NCBI RefSeq assembly: GCF_006345805.1
Contig: NC_043006.1
Location: 95,418,001 to 95,482,000, forward strand
Direction of reading: 5' to 3'
Source of the DNA: Octopus sinensis
Taxonomy: Eukaryota
Length of the DNA stretch: 64,000 nucleotides
The translations under genes and the position numbers were made by a program. This document shows, in pieces, positions 1-13,330 of this stretch. A model generated the notes under the pieces. The model had not been told where the DNA came from. It searched no databases and saw nothing but the letters and a program-made list of their open reading frames with translations. Position 1 is the stretch's first letter. Each line of letters opens with the position of its first letter.

Positions 1-164
1 AGTACACACTCTGCAAAAAAATATTTCTCTTCGACGATCCTATACAACATACGCCATCTCTGGGATAAGTGGCCAAACCATTCTATTCGTATGGCATATT
101 ACGGTCAGGAACAGCTTATTCTCGAGTCTGTGTTAAGGAGTGTTTTTCAAGGTCGTCCACGTCC

Positions 165-525
165 TGGTGGTGGTGGTGGTGGCGGAGGCGGTGGTGGCGA
201 TGTTGTTGGTGGTGGTTATAGTGGTGGCCGTGGTGGTGTGGGAACGGCGGTGGCAGCGTGTTGATGGTGGTGGTGGTGGTGATGGTAGTGATGGTCGTCG
301 TAGTAGTAGTATTAGTGGTAGTAGTAGTAGTGGTGGTAGTAGTAGTGGTTGTATTGGTAGTAGTAGTTGTAGTTGTAGTAGTAGTGGTGGTGGTGGCGGT
401 GGTATTAGTGGTGGTGGTGGTGATGGTAGGAGGAGGAAATGGGTAGTAGTAGTAGTAGTAGTAGTAGTAACAGTAGCAGCAGTAGTAGTAGTTGATGTTG
501 CTGTTCGCTATTGTTGTGTGAATTG
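165..525. repeat. Compound (GGT)n/(GTA)n trinucleotide microsatellite
   Basis: Direct reading; it explains the poly-Val/Thr/His ORFs in the track. Confidence 0.95.
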
Positions 526-1796
526 ACGAAACACAAACAAATGTCACAGTTTGTCAGTCTGCCTGGCGGCATATCTTTCCGACCTGACGAGTGGAATGTG
601 TTGGCAGATACTAAGAACGGAATCCCATCAACGAACAATGACCAACGAGGGTGGTATCCCCAGTAAAATCGTCCGCAAGTCAAAGGATTTACATCAATGA
701 ACGTCTCGTATCAATGTTCCAGTGATTCTGTGCCACGAAGACCCTCACGGCAGAGAGTCTTTTTTCACGACAGTGGCTCCTCCTCCACGCATATCAGGAG
801 ACGAATCTTTATATCTTCCCCCAGATTTTGCTATGCGCTGTTTAGAAAGTCCAGCAAGGGAGATAACTCCCTATCAATAAAATCCGCAGCGCACCTCAGA
901 ATATCATAACCATGTTTTTAAAGGTGACTGGATTATCGAGTGAGGGATACAAAGATGTAATTTTTAGTAAGTAGATTGACAACGTAGAACAACGGTTCCC
1001 AAAGTGGACGGCCCCCTGTGTAAAGATCAAGACGGGCGTTGAAGAAAAGTGGGACAATAATAGAGTGGCCAAAAGGGGTCGATAGATGTAACCCCCCACC
1101 CAAAATAATAGTTTAATAATTAGGTTATGTTTTATTTGTGAAATACCGTTGTTTTGAATGTGCGAAGGTGATGAAGAGTGGGGGAGGTGCTAGGGGTGTG
1201 GCTCGAATATGAAGGGGACGGCTGCCCGAAAAATCTTGGGAATCACTGGCATAGAGGCTTCTGATGACGTTTACTCTTGATGGGGATAGTTCTCAGTTGG
1301 TGTGATTTGAATGGTAGACATCCCGAAGTAGTGACTGTGCTGGTATGAAAGTGTTTTGTTGATATTGTTCATGTTGCTGTTAGTGACATATTTGCGCTGG
1401 CTGTAGCAGCGTGTTCGTAGCGATGGTTGTTTGAATGAAAGCGGTGGTTAAAGGAGTAATGATGTTGAGGATGAGAAATGCAACGTTCGATGTTTAACGC
1501 GTTGATGTTGCTGGCTTTATGGCTGTTGAACGTGGCTTTTTGTTGCTTTGTTATTGCCGCTGGTGTTACTGTTGCCGCAGCTGATGATGATGGTGGTGGT
1601 GGGGAGGCGGCGGCGGCGGCGGTGGTGGTTGCAGATGTGTATAAAGTGATGGAAGAGGTCCGGTAGTTGTGGTAGATGTTGAGATTCTGTAATGCGACTT
1701 TTAATGAACGCTTGACATTTTTTCTTCTCAGTTATTTTCATAGTTTTTCCTTTATACATGATCAGAATATTTTCTTATGTAGAAATGAAGTTGTTT

Positions 1797-1831
<35 letters not shown>

Positions 1832-2642
1832 GATGATGATGATGATGATGATGTGATGATGATGATGATGATGTTTTTATTTACCTTCCTTTTTTTCTGT
1901 CTAAATCTCTTTGAATAAATCGCATGGAGAACAGCACACTTCGTAATCCTGTCTTGCTAACTAAGGATTTTCTCAAAAGAAAGTCCGCCAGAATTCCCCA
2001 AAGAAAATGTTCACCTCAAAAGTGCAACATAACTAAGGATTTCTTTTGAAGTTGTATAATTAAAAAGAGTTTTTGATTAATGGCCGTGTTAATTACGTTA
2101 TTTGATTAGGTTTCACTGAGATCTCGTTCAAATCCCGCCAGAAGAGACTTCGCATTTCACTCTCTTTCGTACCCATGAGAGAAAAACTTAAAACGAAGAA
2201 AACCCATTTGACAGCAACCAATTACTGATCATAATGTTTCACACAGCATTCTCTATACTTTCATATTTGAACATTATTATAGATTAGTTTGTTAGTTCTT
2301 GTCAAAGAAATAATCATAGAATATTCATCTTCGTCAGCGTTACATTTCTGAACAGCAATACGTCACCAGTCATAAGGAGGAATACCTACGCAGCGTTGCA
2401 ACCACCAATTCCAGTTTTCAGTTCCTGAAAATTGCATTATGAAGATTATCATTTACTGCTCCCTCGGAGAATATTTTGATACAAGTGCAGGTAAAAGTCA
2501 ATCGAAATTTTACGATTTTCCACAACATGGCAAAGTATCAACATAGAAGCAACCTTCATAATCAAATACCGACGATGTTTAAATAACTGTGAGAAAGAAA
2601 TGGAGACATAAAACGCCAGTCCTGCTGAAGCTGTTGCTACTA

Positions 2643-3136
2643 CCGGAAATCCTCGAGTATAATCCGCATTTATTCCCCAAATTTTGAAGGTCAAAATCCC
2701 TAGTGAGTACTCTATACGAGGTTAAAAATGAAAAATATTTTCAAGCAATGTCCAAGTCTCTATTTGCTGTCCGCCAATGTTTATTCAGACGCATTTTGTG
2801 ATGTCGGGCGCGAAATTACCTTAAGCTAAGCCTGAGAGCAATGAAGTCATAAAAGGATCATCCACAACTTGCAGCAAGCAACATTTATTAAACGTTATTA
2901 CTGTTATTTCTTTATTTTCTTCAAAGAAAATGCACAAAAAAGCTCCACGCTTGCATTATGTTATATATACAATAATAATAAAGGACATTACCGTATACAT
3001 TTTTACAAACCATGGACGTTATATAGACCTCCTTGACTCAAGTTAGAGAAGGGGTGCGTATTGTACACATGGTTTAGATTTTTCAGAAGAACAGCCCCCT
3101 AAAAATCACCTGCGGACTATACTCGAGGATTTACGG
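2643..3136. mobile_element. Non-autonomous Tc1/mariner-superfamily MITE
   Basis: 26-bp TIRs CCGGAAATCCTCGAGTATAATCCGCA (2643-2668) and TGCGGACTATACTCGAGGATTTACGG (3111-3136), 2 mismatches, flanked by TA on both sides (2641-2642, 3137-3138). Confidence 0.85.
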
Positions 3137-4849
3137 TATTACTGCTGTTGTTAGCTTAGCAAACCACGATCACTAAAGCCAGTGGCAAGGCTACTGCTGC
3201 TGCTACTACTGCTGCTAATAGCCATATACTGTTGCTGTACGTGTGGCTGCCGCTGCTGTGTTTGACGGAGCTTTTGATGCTTCTACTATTTCTGCTGTTG
3301 CTGCTGCTGCCGCTACTAAGAGCCAATAGCAATCAAACGAAATTTCAGCATCTTGCGATTTTTGTAAGGTGAAACTTGAACTTCCAGAACGGAAATTATG
3401 AACGTTTAATATAATTTATTGTACTTCAATCAATTTTCTCTGTTATTTGATCATAACTAAATCGTTTTATGCTTTGCTAAGAGATTGAAACCTGTAGCAT
3501 ATTTGAAAGGAATGTAAAAACTTTCTTTTATCTATGATAAAGTCCACAATGCATTTTTCTTTTTGTTCTATATATATATAGATGGTAAGAGGGATATGAT
3601 ATTCAGGTAGATATCATATATTATATTATATTTTATTATATTATATTAAATTCTTTCTACTTCTGTTGTATTTACTGGAACTTTATTTAACCGGAGAATC
3701 TTTGGTGTACAAGTGAATAAATTATTCCTTGTAATATCTGGTTGTAAGTATATGTTGTTGATGAGGCCCAACTAGGTGGAAATCTATCTGGCATACTTGA
3801 TTGCCTCTGCTGGGAAGATTTCTCGTTCCCCCACCTGTTATGTATTGTGTTTTCCACACACTCCCTATGTTCATAAATTTTCTCGGAAGAAAACTGCAAA
3901 GATCTGTCAACGACGTATACGCAATAAGTGTGATATATACAGAGCGACTTTGATTTAATTCAAAAGTGACTCAATTCCACATACTCGATGCTTCTTCTGG
4001 GCGGTTATCCTCAACACCTGATAATGTTTTATTCACTGTCTGCTATACCAGAGAATACACATCTCGTCTATATTTGGAACATACAATATTGATAAGCCCA
4101 GTGAGGCTAAAATATATCTAGTGTTCTCCCTATCCACTTCTGTGTCAATATTTCATGTTTCATGTCGCCTCAATATATGGTGGAATTTAACTTATGACCG
4201 AAAGGATAAATTCCTAAATTTAAAAAGTGAATATAAATGTTCCGAGACTCAAAGAAGTTTCTGTGAATGGATTTGTTTAGAGTGGATATAAGTTGCACAG
4301 CAGTGAACTCACCTTTCCGCAGAATCAGTTATAACACCAGTGGCACAACGCAGGTTGATACAACCACATATCAACTGCATTTTTCATGCGAGCTTATCTC
4401 CTCCTCGAAGGAAGTAAAAGAAGAACTAGGGCACCTTCTCTCTCAGTGGTACATATGCTAGCTAACCCATAGCTGGAACCCTAACAGGCGCTACTAGTTC
4501 GGGATAACAGGTGGTTCAACAATTCTCAAAATGTTATTATTTCGATACCATAATTTAATACTATGCCCAAGACACAATATATATTGCACAGCACATCGAC
4601 AATAGATCGTCACTCAAACGAATACCCAGGAATTTGCGTTACAACGATGTATGTACATTGAATATGGTACACATGTTTAGTTCTCCAGCTGGGGTCGAGC
4701 TAGCAGAAAGTTCAGTGATTAAGTTTGCAGGCAATTTAAAATGCAGGAAACACGATGCTCACAGAGTTCAGCGCATGCTCCTTAACCGCAAATTTATGTC
4801 TGCCGATCGCCAGAAATACTATCAAAAGCAAAAAGAAAACTGGTTCTTG

Positions 4850-5155
4850 GACTGTTAGGATGACGAGTGTACCAGTTGATCCTGAACAACCTAATCGCGA
4901 AACTAACGTTTAAGTGTTTGAGTATTAGAGACGAGTGTAGTCTTCACGTAGTTCTCAAAGAGATTTCCTGTGACATAGGATGTGACAAGACTGGCCCTTT
5001 TAAATACAGGTACAACTTCTACTTTCCGGCTGAGTGAACTGGTGCGACGTGATATAAAGTGTCTTGCTGAATGACACAGCGTACCACCGTGGATTGACCT
5101 GACGACACTACGATCGTGAGACGAACACCGTTAGCACTAAGCCACGTATCTTCAC
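4850..5155 (-). mobile_element. Degenerate tRNA-derived SINE
   Basis: Minus strand begins CGTGGCTTAGTGCTAACGGTGTTCGTCTCACGATCGTAG and contains a CAGCAAGACACTTTATATCACG core, similar to the copies at 6625, 8683 and 60115. Confidence 0.6.
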
Positions 5156-5854
5156 AATCCAATCAATTCCCAGACTAAAATTTTCATCATCACAACCAAT
5201 ATTACCATTCACACCCAGAACCACAACGGTTTCTTTCACCATTTCCCATTTCCCAAGAGGAAGACAATGAAATGCAGAGGAGAAATGTGTGTGGGGTTTA
5301 TAACGCTTTATTAATCCATGTCTCGGTTTTTTGATTAAAATCATCTTATTGTTTTATCGAAGACTTATAAGTGATTAAGAATGAGGATTAATACGAAAGA
5401 ACTAAATATATTTGCCGCTTCACACTCCTTCTCCTCCCACAAGCATTTATCACTCTCTTTCTCTGTTTCTCTGTTTCTCTGTTTCTCCAACCACTTTCCA
5501 TGTCAGTGTGTGTATATATATACACATATCTGTGTGTGTCTGTGTTTGTGTGTCTGTGTCGTCCCCCAACATCGCTTGACAACCCCATATTTTGACGGTT
5601 CAGCAAAAATAATCGACAGAAGTACTAGGTTAACAAAGAATGAATTCTGGGGTCTACTATATCCTCATCTAAAGGCGGTGTTTCAATCAAATGACTGAAA
5701 AACAAATAAAACAACATATATATATATATATATACATATATGTATATACATGTGCGTGTCTGTCTATCTATCTATATATGCATATATATGTATTTGTGTG
5801 TACATGTTATATACATACATACACAAATGTACGTGCGTATATGTATGTATATAT

Positions 5855-6055
5855 ACCCACAAAGACACGCACACACACACACGCAAAAGACGAAGACTGG
5901 CAGTATAGACAACAGACAGATGTATTAGTTTAACGGTCGGGAAGTGAAAAAGTCCTTAAAGTTTCGAGCCTACGCTCTTCCTCAGAAAGGAACACAGAGA
6001 GAAACAAGGAGAGAAAATAAAGAATATGTAGTGGTTAGCCATCTATGATGGCGAA
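5855..6055 (-). mobile_element. Penelope-like pseudo-LTR remnant with a hammerhead-like motif (5955-5990)
   Basis: Minus strand reads CCTTT-CTGAGGA-A-GAGC-GTAG-GCTC-GAAAC. Same family as 15258-15450, 34455-34630 and 36445-36560. Confidence 0.6.
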
Positions 6056-6624
6056 TGCCGTACAGAGGGGTAAAAGGAGGGAGAGAGGGGCAAGGTAACA
6101 GGTGCGGATTAGAGAAAATTAGTAAGAACAACCATAGTAGGAAGGAACGACAAATGGGATAAGCTGAAAGTCGTGGTGTATTGGAGCGATTTATCATCAA
6201 CAGAGGAGTCCAGTATAGTCCATGGACAGGAGAGGTGTAGCTGAAGTGTACGAGAGTAGAAAAACCAGGTAGAAGATCAAGGTGGAGAATCCAGGTAGAA
6301 TAGTCCAGTATAGATGTGTGCCAGTGTGCGTGTGCGTCTTTGTCCACACGCAGAGTGAAAAACACACACATATGAAATATAATCCCCTTCGTCTTTCTCT
6401 GTTTGAATTTTTTCTCCTTCGATCTTCCAATTTTCCATTGAAATTTTATTTTCCGATTCTTCACTGAACAAAAATACACATTTATGATTTATGTTGCTTC
6501 TTTTGCTTTTGTGTAAATATGCGCAAGTCTGTGAAGCCATGCCCATATGTAAAGGTATTTCTAAGAATATATGTTTGCGTGTGTATGCCTGTATGTGTTT
6601 ATGTATGTATGTATGCATATTTAC

Positions 6625-6953
6625 GCATGGCTGAGTGGTTAGAGCGTCGAGCTTACGATCGTGAGGTTGTGAGCTCGAATCCCGGATTGGGCTGCGTGTT
6701 GTGTTCTTGAGCAAGACACTTTATTTCACGTTGCTCCAGTTCACTCAGCTGTAGAAATGAGTTGCGACGTCACTGGTGCCAAGCTATATCGACCTTTGTC
6801 ATTCCCTTGGATAACACTGGTGGCGTGGAGAGGGGAGGCTGGTATGCATGGGCGACTGCTGGTCTTCCATAAACAACCTTGCCCGGACTTGTGTCTAGGA
6901 GGGTAACTTTCTAGGTGCAATCCCATGGTCATTCATGACCGAAGGGGGTCTTT
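6625..6953 (+). mobile_element. tRNA-derived SINE
   Basis: Box A TGGCTGAGTGG and box B-like GCTCGAATCC, followed by a TTGAGCAAGACACTTTATTTCACG core repeated elsewhere in the window. Confidence 0.85.
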
Positions 6954-6965
6954 ATGCATATTTAC

Positions 6966-7009
<44 letters not shown>

Positions 7010-8128
7010 TATAGATACATACATACATACATATATATATATGCATATATATATATAGATATATACATACGTAATATGTGCGTATATACATGTGTGTGTA
7101 TAGATGTAGATACACATCGACACACACACACACTCACACACGCTCTCTCTCTCTGTCGCTCTCTCTCTCTCTCTCCCTCTCTCTCCCTCACACACACACA
7201 CACACTCACACACACACGTGTATATATGATTTATAGAGCATATATCCGTACATATATAAGCAAAGAAATCTATACACAGAGATGAAAGAATTAAAGATTT
7301 AAACAATAAAAGATAGAGGCATGGGTGGAGAGTCCCTAAAGTTAAATGTTTACCCATTTTCTTGTGTACCTTTGGCCGTGTTCATTCAGTCCTTTCATGG
7401 AGTTTATCGTTTCAAAGTGGATCTCCATTACACCATCCTTATGACACGAAGCTATAGAGCGCACAATATACGCATGTGTCGGCGGCAGCATATTAGATGT
7501 TTGCACACGTGCTTGATGCCGTAGGTGTAGGCATGTGGGTATATGTATGGCGGGAAATATATTTATGCGCTTGGAAATGTGCATGTATGGAATTATGTAT
7601 GCTTTTGTGTGTGTATGTGTGTATGTATGTGTGAGATAGTGAGAGAGTGTATGTATATATATATATATAAAAGAAAGAAACGTGCGTATACATATAAATA
7701 ATATACATATCTATATATGGCTGTACCTAATATATAGATATATATTAGCACATTATATGTATATATGTGTATGTATATAAGTATATATATATACACACCT
7801 ATATGTACATACATATGTATAATATATTATACATATATATATAGGGAGATGTACTTGCATAGCGAGTGACTTGATCTGAGATCGTGTGCTGGAACGAAAA
7901 CAATTGCAGCGTGGAAGGTGTTTATAAGCCATCTAGGAAACACGCAAAACCGTTCGATTCACTTCAACATTTAAGTTTAATTTGTCGAAATATTTTCATC
8001 TCTTTGAGACCGCAACCTGTTCACTGACAATGCTTCGTGCTGTATTCATATATATATTATATATATATATGTATGTATATATATATATATATATATATCG
8101 CGAGATAGACACATAGATAGATAGATAT

Positions 8129-8171
<43 letters not shown>

Positions 8172-8682
8172 TAGAGAGAGAGATACACACATGTATATAT
8201 GCATACATGGTGCTGAAATGTATACAATGAATGAATAAGCCGTTAAAATCGGCTTACTCAATCAACACAGTACACACGATGTGTGTGTGTGTGTGTGTGT
8301 GTGTTTGAATCATTCGAAGATTACAAGATGATTTCTCTCTCTGACTCTATGAAAAGTAAATCCGAAAACAGAAACCCCCCCCCTGAAAAGTGAAAGTTCG
8401 TTTCTTTAGACCTAGAAGAGACACGAATAGATAATTAGATGGCAAAAGCACATCGAGTACCCTAAACCTTCAACTTGCTCGCCACATAATCTGCCTTTGA
8501 CAGAATTTACAGAAAAGCTGTATGGAAGGCGACGATAGAAATAGATGTAGTCCTCAGGATGGTGCGAATCCCTGCGTTGCTATAAAACGCCTCTGAGTAT
8601 ACTGTGATTGTAGATGATAAACCAACGGAGTAATTTGAGGAACACATGCTCCTAGCACAACGTTACAGGCTTTCCTGTAAAG

Positions 8683-8920
8683 GCACCTGGCTTACTGGTT
8701 AAAGCATTCGGCTTACGATCGTAAGAGTGAGAGTTCGATCTCTGACGGCGCGTTGTTTCCTTGAGCAAGATTCATTACTTCACGTAGCTCCAGTTCACTC
8801 CGCGAGCAAAAATAGGTTATACCTCAAATTCAAATGGGCCAGCCTTGTCTCAGGCTGTTCCGTTGATCGGATCAATATGAACCTTTGCCCCAGTAACCGT
8901 CAAAGTACCAGATTACGTGC
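8683..8920 (+). mobile_element. tRNA-derived SINE (related to 6625 and 60115)
   Basis: TGGCTTACTGG ... GTTCGATCTC ... CTTGAGCAAGA core. Confidence 0.7.
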
Positions 8921-8924
8921 CATC

Positions 8925-9297
8925 TTTTATGACCTCCGCTTTCGCTAAAGCGGAGGTTTTATTTTCAATCGCATTTGTTTGTTTGACCGTGCACAATATA
9001 TCTCAAGAACCGCGGGATGGATTCGAATGAAACTTTCAGGGTTGTTTGGCCTCGTAACTAGTATGAACTGATTAGATTTTGGCATCGCTCCAGTACCGGA
9101 GAAGGATCCTGGAATATTTTTCCTATTTTTTAGCTTCATTTTTAAGAGCGGTTGGGTTTATTTCTAGTATTCTCGTTTGTGAGAGCAAACTACTTTATTT
9201 CAGATATTCTCATTTTAAAACTCATCTCTGGTTAATCGTTGAGAGGACGTTGGTGTTGCCTTGGCGGAGGTTTGCGGTCTCTGGGTGCACTTGTTTT
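8925..9297 (+). mobile_element. Helentron-associated non-autonomous element (HINE/DINE-1-like)
   Basis: 5' subterminal ACCTCCGC (8932-8939) with a nearby inverted copy GCGGAGGT (8950-8957), 3' subTIR GGCGGAGGT (9263-9271), then a short stem-loop, with T-rich termini. This is the HINE architecture. Confidence 0.65.
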
Positions 9298-9525
9298 ACC
9301 TGTTTACATCACTGTATTGTGATCCTGCTTGTGTACGAAACAAATCAACCCCAGTTTTTAATCTTTTCTTAAAACCCTTTACTTATATTTCTGCTCACAT
9401 TTGCTCAACAACTTAAATTACGGGGAAGTGAACAATAATTCTCTGGCGATGCTGTGGACCAACAGAGAAACAAACACCAAACACACACACATATGTATGT
9501 ATGTGTGTTTATATATATATATATA

Positions 9526-9913
9526 CTAGCAGTATCGCCCGGCGTTGCTCGGGTTTGTAAGGGAAATAACTATATAAGCATTTTTAGAGATGTAAAGTAT
9601 AATAGCCATCTCAATATGGCTAACCACAAAGGGGGGGGGGGTGCTACTGTAGCTTTTTACGTTCTGAGATTTAATAATAAATTTTTAGAGTTATATATGC
9701 CAAAAATGCATTAAAAATGGGAAAAATTGATGGTAATTTTTTTTTAAATCGTAGACTCATCGTAGACGCGTGCTATTACCCAGAAGGGCTCGATATGAAT
9801 CACGACTATAAGATACCCGGTTTTGGTTAAACTGCACCGCAAAATGTGGGAGTAGTTAGGAATCTAAATCATAGGAGACAGGCAGCACACAACCTCACTT
9901 TTATACATAAAGA
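9526..9913 (-). mobile_element. Non-autonomous Helitron
   Basis: Minus strand starts A|TC (9913) and ends with hairpin CCCGAGCAACGCCGGG, 8 nt and CTAG|T (9529-9526). No TSD; inserted between A and T. Confidence 0.85.
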
Positions 9914-10464
9914 TATCTGAAATTAGGTAATGGAGAAGATGAAATCTAGGCTACATGTTTAATACCCCATTGTACTCATTCCTTACTTTTGCATATCTAT
10001 TTGCATACACAGCAACCCTGCTGTTAATTACAAGCTATTATGTCATCTTATCGAACTTCTATACGTGGAAAATGCACTGGTTTATACGTTCCTGAAAGTA
10101 GAAAGTTGTTTTTTTATATCTTCTATGAACTGCTTGGAAGCTTACTACCTCCCTACATCTTGATCCCTGGATTTTACCTAAAGAACGACCCTTCATCAGT
10201 TGCTGGCTGTTTCTCCAGTCTCGTATTTCGAACATTAAACAACAATATACGCTTTCGATAAAACAGTTGCTTCCGCAAAGCAATTTAAATAAAATTTGGG
10301 ATTTTGCGGATGGTCAAAATAGATAACACAAACAGGACAGTGAAAACAAGAAGGAAGGGCTGCTAAGTTTAAAGAAGTTTGTGGTGGCGAATGCGTAAAC
10401 CAAGCTAGGGCGCATACATACATAGAGACAGACAGGCGGACAAACAGACATACGGAAAGACACG

Positions 10465-10516
10465 CAGACTGACAGACAGATAGACTGATAGTTAGATAGA
10501 TAGATAGGTAGATAGG

Positions 10517-10571
<55 letters not shown>

Positions 10572-10650
10572 TTAGATAGATAGATAGGTAGATAGATAGA
10601 TAGATAGATAGATAGAAGATAGATAGATAGATAGTTAGATAGATAGATTC
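10465..10650. repeat. (GATA)n/(GACA)n microsatellite
   Basis: Direct reading. Confidence 0.95.
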
Positions 10651-11040
10651 ATGAATAAAACTTAATGTATAGGTACCTTTCAAAATTTCCGATTGTGTCG
10701 TTTGTGTCTTTTACATTTTAATAAAGCTTTATTCATATATTTCTTCTGCTTCTGGAAATTGTGCAGGAAAAGAGTCCGGAACTGCGCAAAATACACAACT
10801 ACATCCACATATGCAGAATACATTCACTCTATAGAACATGTTCTTTTGCGTGACTCTGTTTAACACTTTTATTTCCTATATGAATACATACACGTGGACA
10901 CATACATCTGCATGTGTACATACTTATGATGCGCGTGTGTGTACGCTTGCGGCCGTGCACGCAGAGATAGTCGTACAGCTGTATATATTCACAAATGCAT
11001 GTATTTATACACATATGTTGCAGTATTTAGACATGCATGC

Positions 11041-11074
<34 letters not shown>

Positions 11075-11183
11075 TTGTTTTGAAAGATTTTTGATGTATA
11101 TATTATACAACAATATATATATATATATATTATTTTATAGATAAACCGCTATTTAGTTATTATTACATTCCCTAACTGTTAAT

Positions 11184-11221
<38 letters not shown>

Positions 11222-12530
11222 ATATATATATTATATATATATATATATTATTCGTATCCATATATAGTTGTGGAGATGTATATACACCTACAGATACACG
11301 CACATATAATCCGCATGAGCACAGAGAACCATTTCACCCGTGCTTAGCTTTCAAAATAGTAGTATAATTCTCAGCGAACAATAAAAGAGTTAACTCCATA
11401 TCTGATCTTCGTTTGTTTCCTTTCGCCCATTCTTTCTATTTATTGTTCCTTTATTCCCTTCATTTCGTTTTTGAATTTCTACTATTTTTCTTACCCTTTC
11501 AAATATTTTTAGTTTTATCGATTGATTGAAATCATTATCCTTGTGGGTTTTTTTTTTTAGTTATTGTTTTATTTGTATTTTAAAGTCTTGTGTTTTTCGT
11601 TTGTGCTATTTATGCTTAGTATTGTTATGAGATTGCTAAGTCTGTGAGTACGTGTTTTACTTTCACTTTCGAAATAAAATGAAAACGCGTTGAAAACGCT
11701 TAACTCGTACACTGATAAAGACTCAAAGAGCTAAACTAAAAGTAACAGAAATCTTTGAAGTGTCATCTATAAAATCTCTGGGTTTTTTGCTTTTTAAGTA
11801 TTTATTTTCTTAACATTTTCTATTGCTTATTTTCTGAACGTTTCCTATTATCTTTTAAAATAGTGTTCATCCTTTATATGCTACCTAAATCTCCTCCCAC
11901 ATTCTACAATAAGTTTTAATGGGTAGCGTAGGATTACATAGAAAAACATGAAAGTAATCCGTTTATTATTAACAACAGGGGTATATATGTTTAATAATAA
12001 CGTAAAATATGTTGCGCAAAAGCTGTTACAAAACATGTGGATATGTGCATGCATTGCAACGCACTCTTTCACGATGTGTAGCGATTAAGTAATAATAGAA
12101 TATATTGATGCGAGTCAAAAATATGGCACATGGAGCAAATACAGATACAGGTAACATGCCCACAATGGGATTAGTATCTGCCAATTATTTACCTTCAGTG
12201 CAACCCTCGAACTTGTCCGTTTTCTGCTGTAAGAAATTTATGGGAACTATCTGCTCGTCATTGAAATTGCCCCTTATAATTTTCAGCTTGCTCTGAATAA
12301 CATCTCTTCCTCTGGCCAGCAATTCCTGAACTGTTCGTGACACCTGCTTTACTACTTAAGAAATGTCTTCTAGTCAGAATTTTGACGAATTCTTGTCCGA
12401 AATACGTTAGACAACCAGGAACATCTTTTGAAGGTAAAATCATTTCTTTTTAATTGAAGAAGTTTGAACGATTGTCTCTCGCATAAATGTGCACATATTT
12501 CGGAAGGAAAGATAAAATATGTACACAAAT

Positions 12531-12830
12531 AGGAGCAGGCATAGGTGTTTGTTGAGAAACTCCCTTCCGGCCGAATGGTTCCGGGTGCAGTCCCACTTCG
12601 TGGTACCCTGAGCAAGTGTGTTCTATTATAGCCTTGGACCCACCAAAGCCTTGTGAGTGGACGTGATAAAAGGTAACTGAAAGAAGCCCGTCGTATATAT
12701 ATGTGTGCATGTGTGTGTGTGCGTGTGTGTCTGTTTTTGTGCGTTTATGTTTATCTCCTACTACCTTTTGGCAACCGGTGCTGGTGTGTTTACACCCTCT
12801 TAATATTAATAGCATGACAGCATTCTAATG
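12531..12830 (+). mobile_element. tRNA-derived SINE (same family as 39964-40370)
   Basis: ATGGTTCCGGGTGCAGTCCCAC ... GAGCAAGTGTGTTCTATTATAGCC ... GAAAGAAGCCCGTCGTATAT matches the reverse complement of the 40.2-40.37 kb copy. Confidence 0.8.
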
Positions 12831-13073
12831 CCTGAAAGAGGTAAAAGATAAAAGAGGAAAGAAGCTGGATTTTGTTTGTCCATCGGCAGCGGCCGCGGTG
12901 GGGTTGGTTTGAAACAATGGCGTCACCAATACCATCGACAACAAAACAAAAATGGACCCAGGGAGGATTCTCGCGGCCCCCACCTGGTCTGCGAGAAAAA
13001 ATAACGATTTATTTAGGGCAGGAATGCCTTTTCGACGTTGAATTAGTCAATTGCGATTGAAGTAGAGCTAAAC

Positions 13074-13330
13074 CAATGATTCTCAGACATTCTTCTGCCT
13101 ATATATCCCTTTGATTTCGATTTTAATCCCCTGGGTCCCCATAGCCATTCCATGATTTAAATATTTCTGTTATATTTATGTAATTAAATATTTTTAAGAA
13201 TTATAAAAAAATTGTTTCAAAATATTTTGTGTATCGTAGAATTATAGTCAATTTATTGAAGATAAAATTCAAATAACAAAATCTGTTAAGGAAACTCCGG
13301 GGTCATATGGCCCCTGGTTGAGAAGCACTG
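13074..13330. mobile_element. hAT-superfamily (Charlie-like) MITE
   Basis: TIRs CAATGATTCTCA / TGAGAAGCACTG and an 8-bp TSD, AGCTAAAC (13066-13073) / AGCTAAGC (13331-13338). Confidence 0.8.

Noticed and set aside
116-683. Long poly-Thr/Val/His ORFs (also 18682-19307)
   Set aside because: They are translations of trinucleotide microsatellites, open in several frames on both strands.
540-960. GC-richer, coding-like stretch, possibly an old retroelement ORF
   Set aside because: Interrupted by stops and without a motif I can name with confidence.
6625-6700. Functional tRNA genes at SINE heads (also 18070-18139, 40300-40370)
   Set aside because: They run on into SINE bodies, and I could not fold proper cloverleaf acceptor stems.
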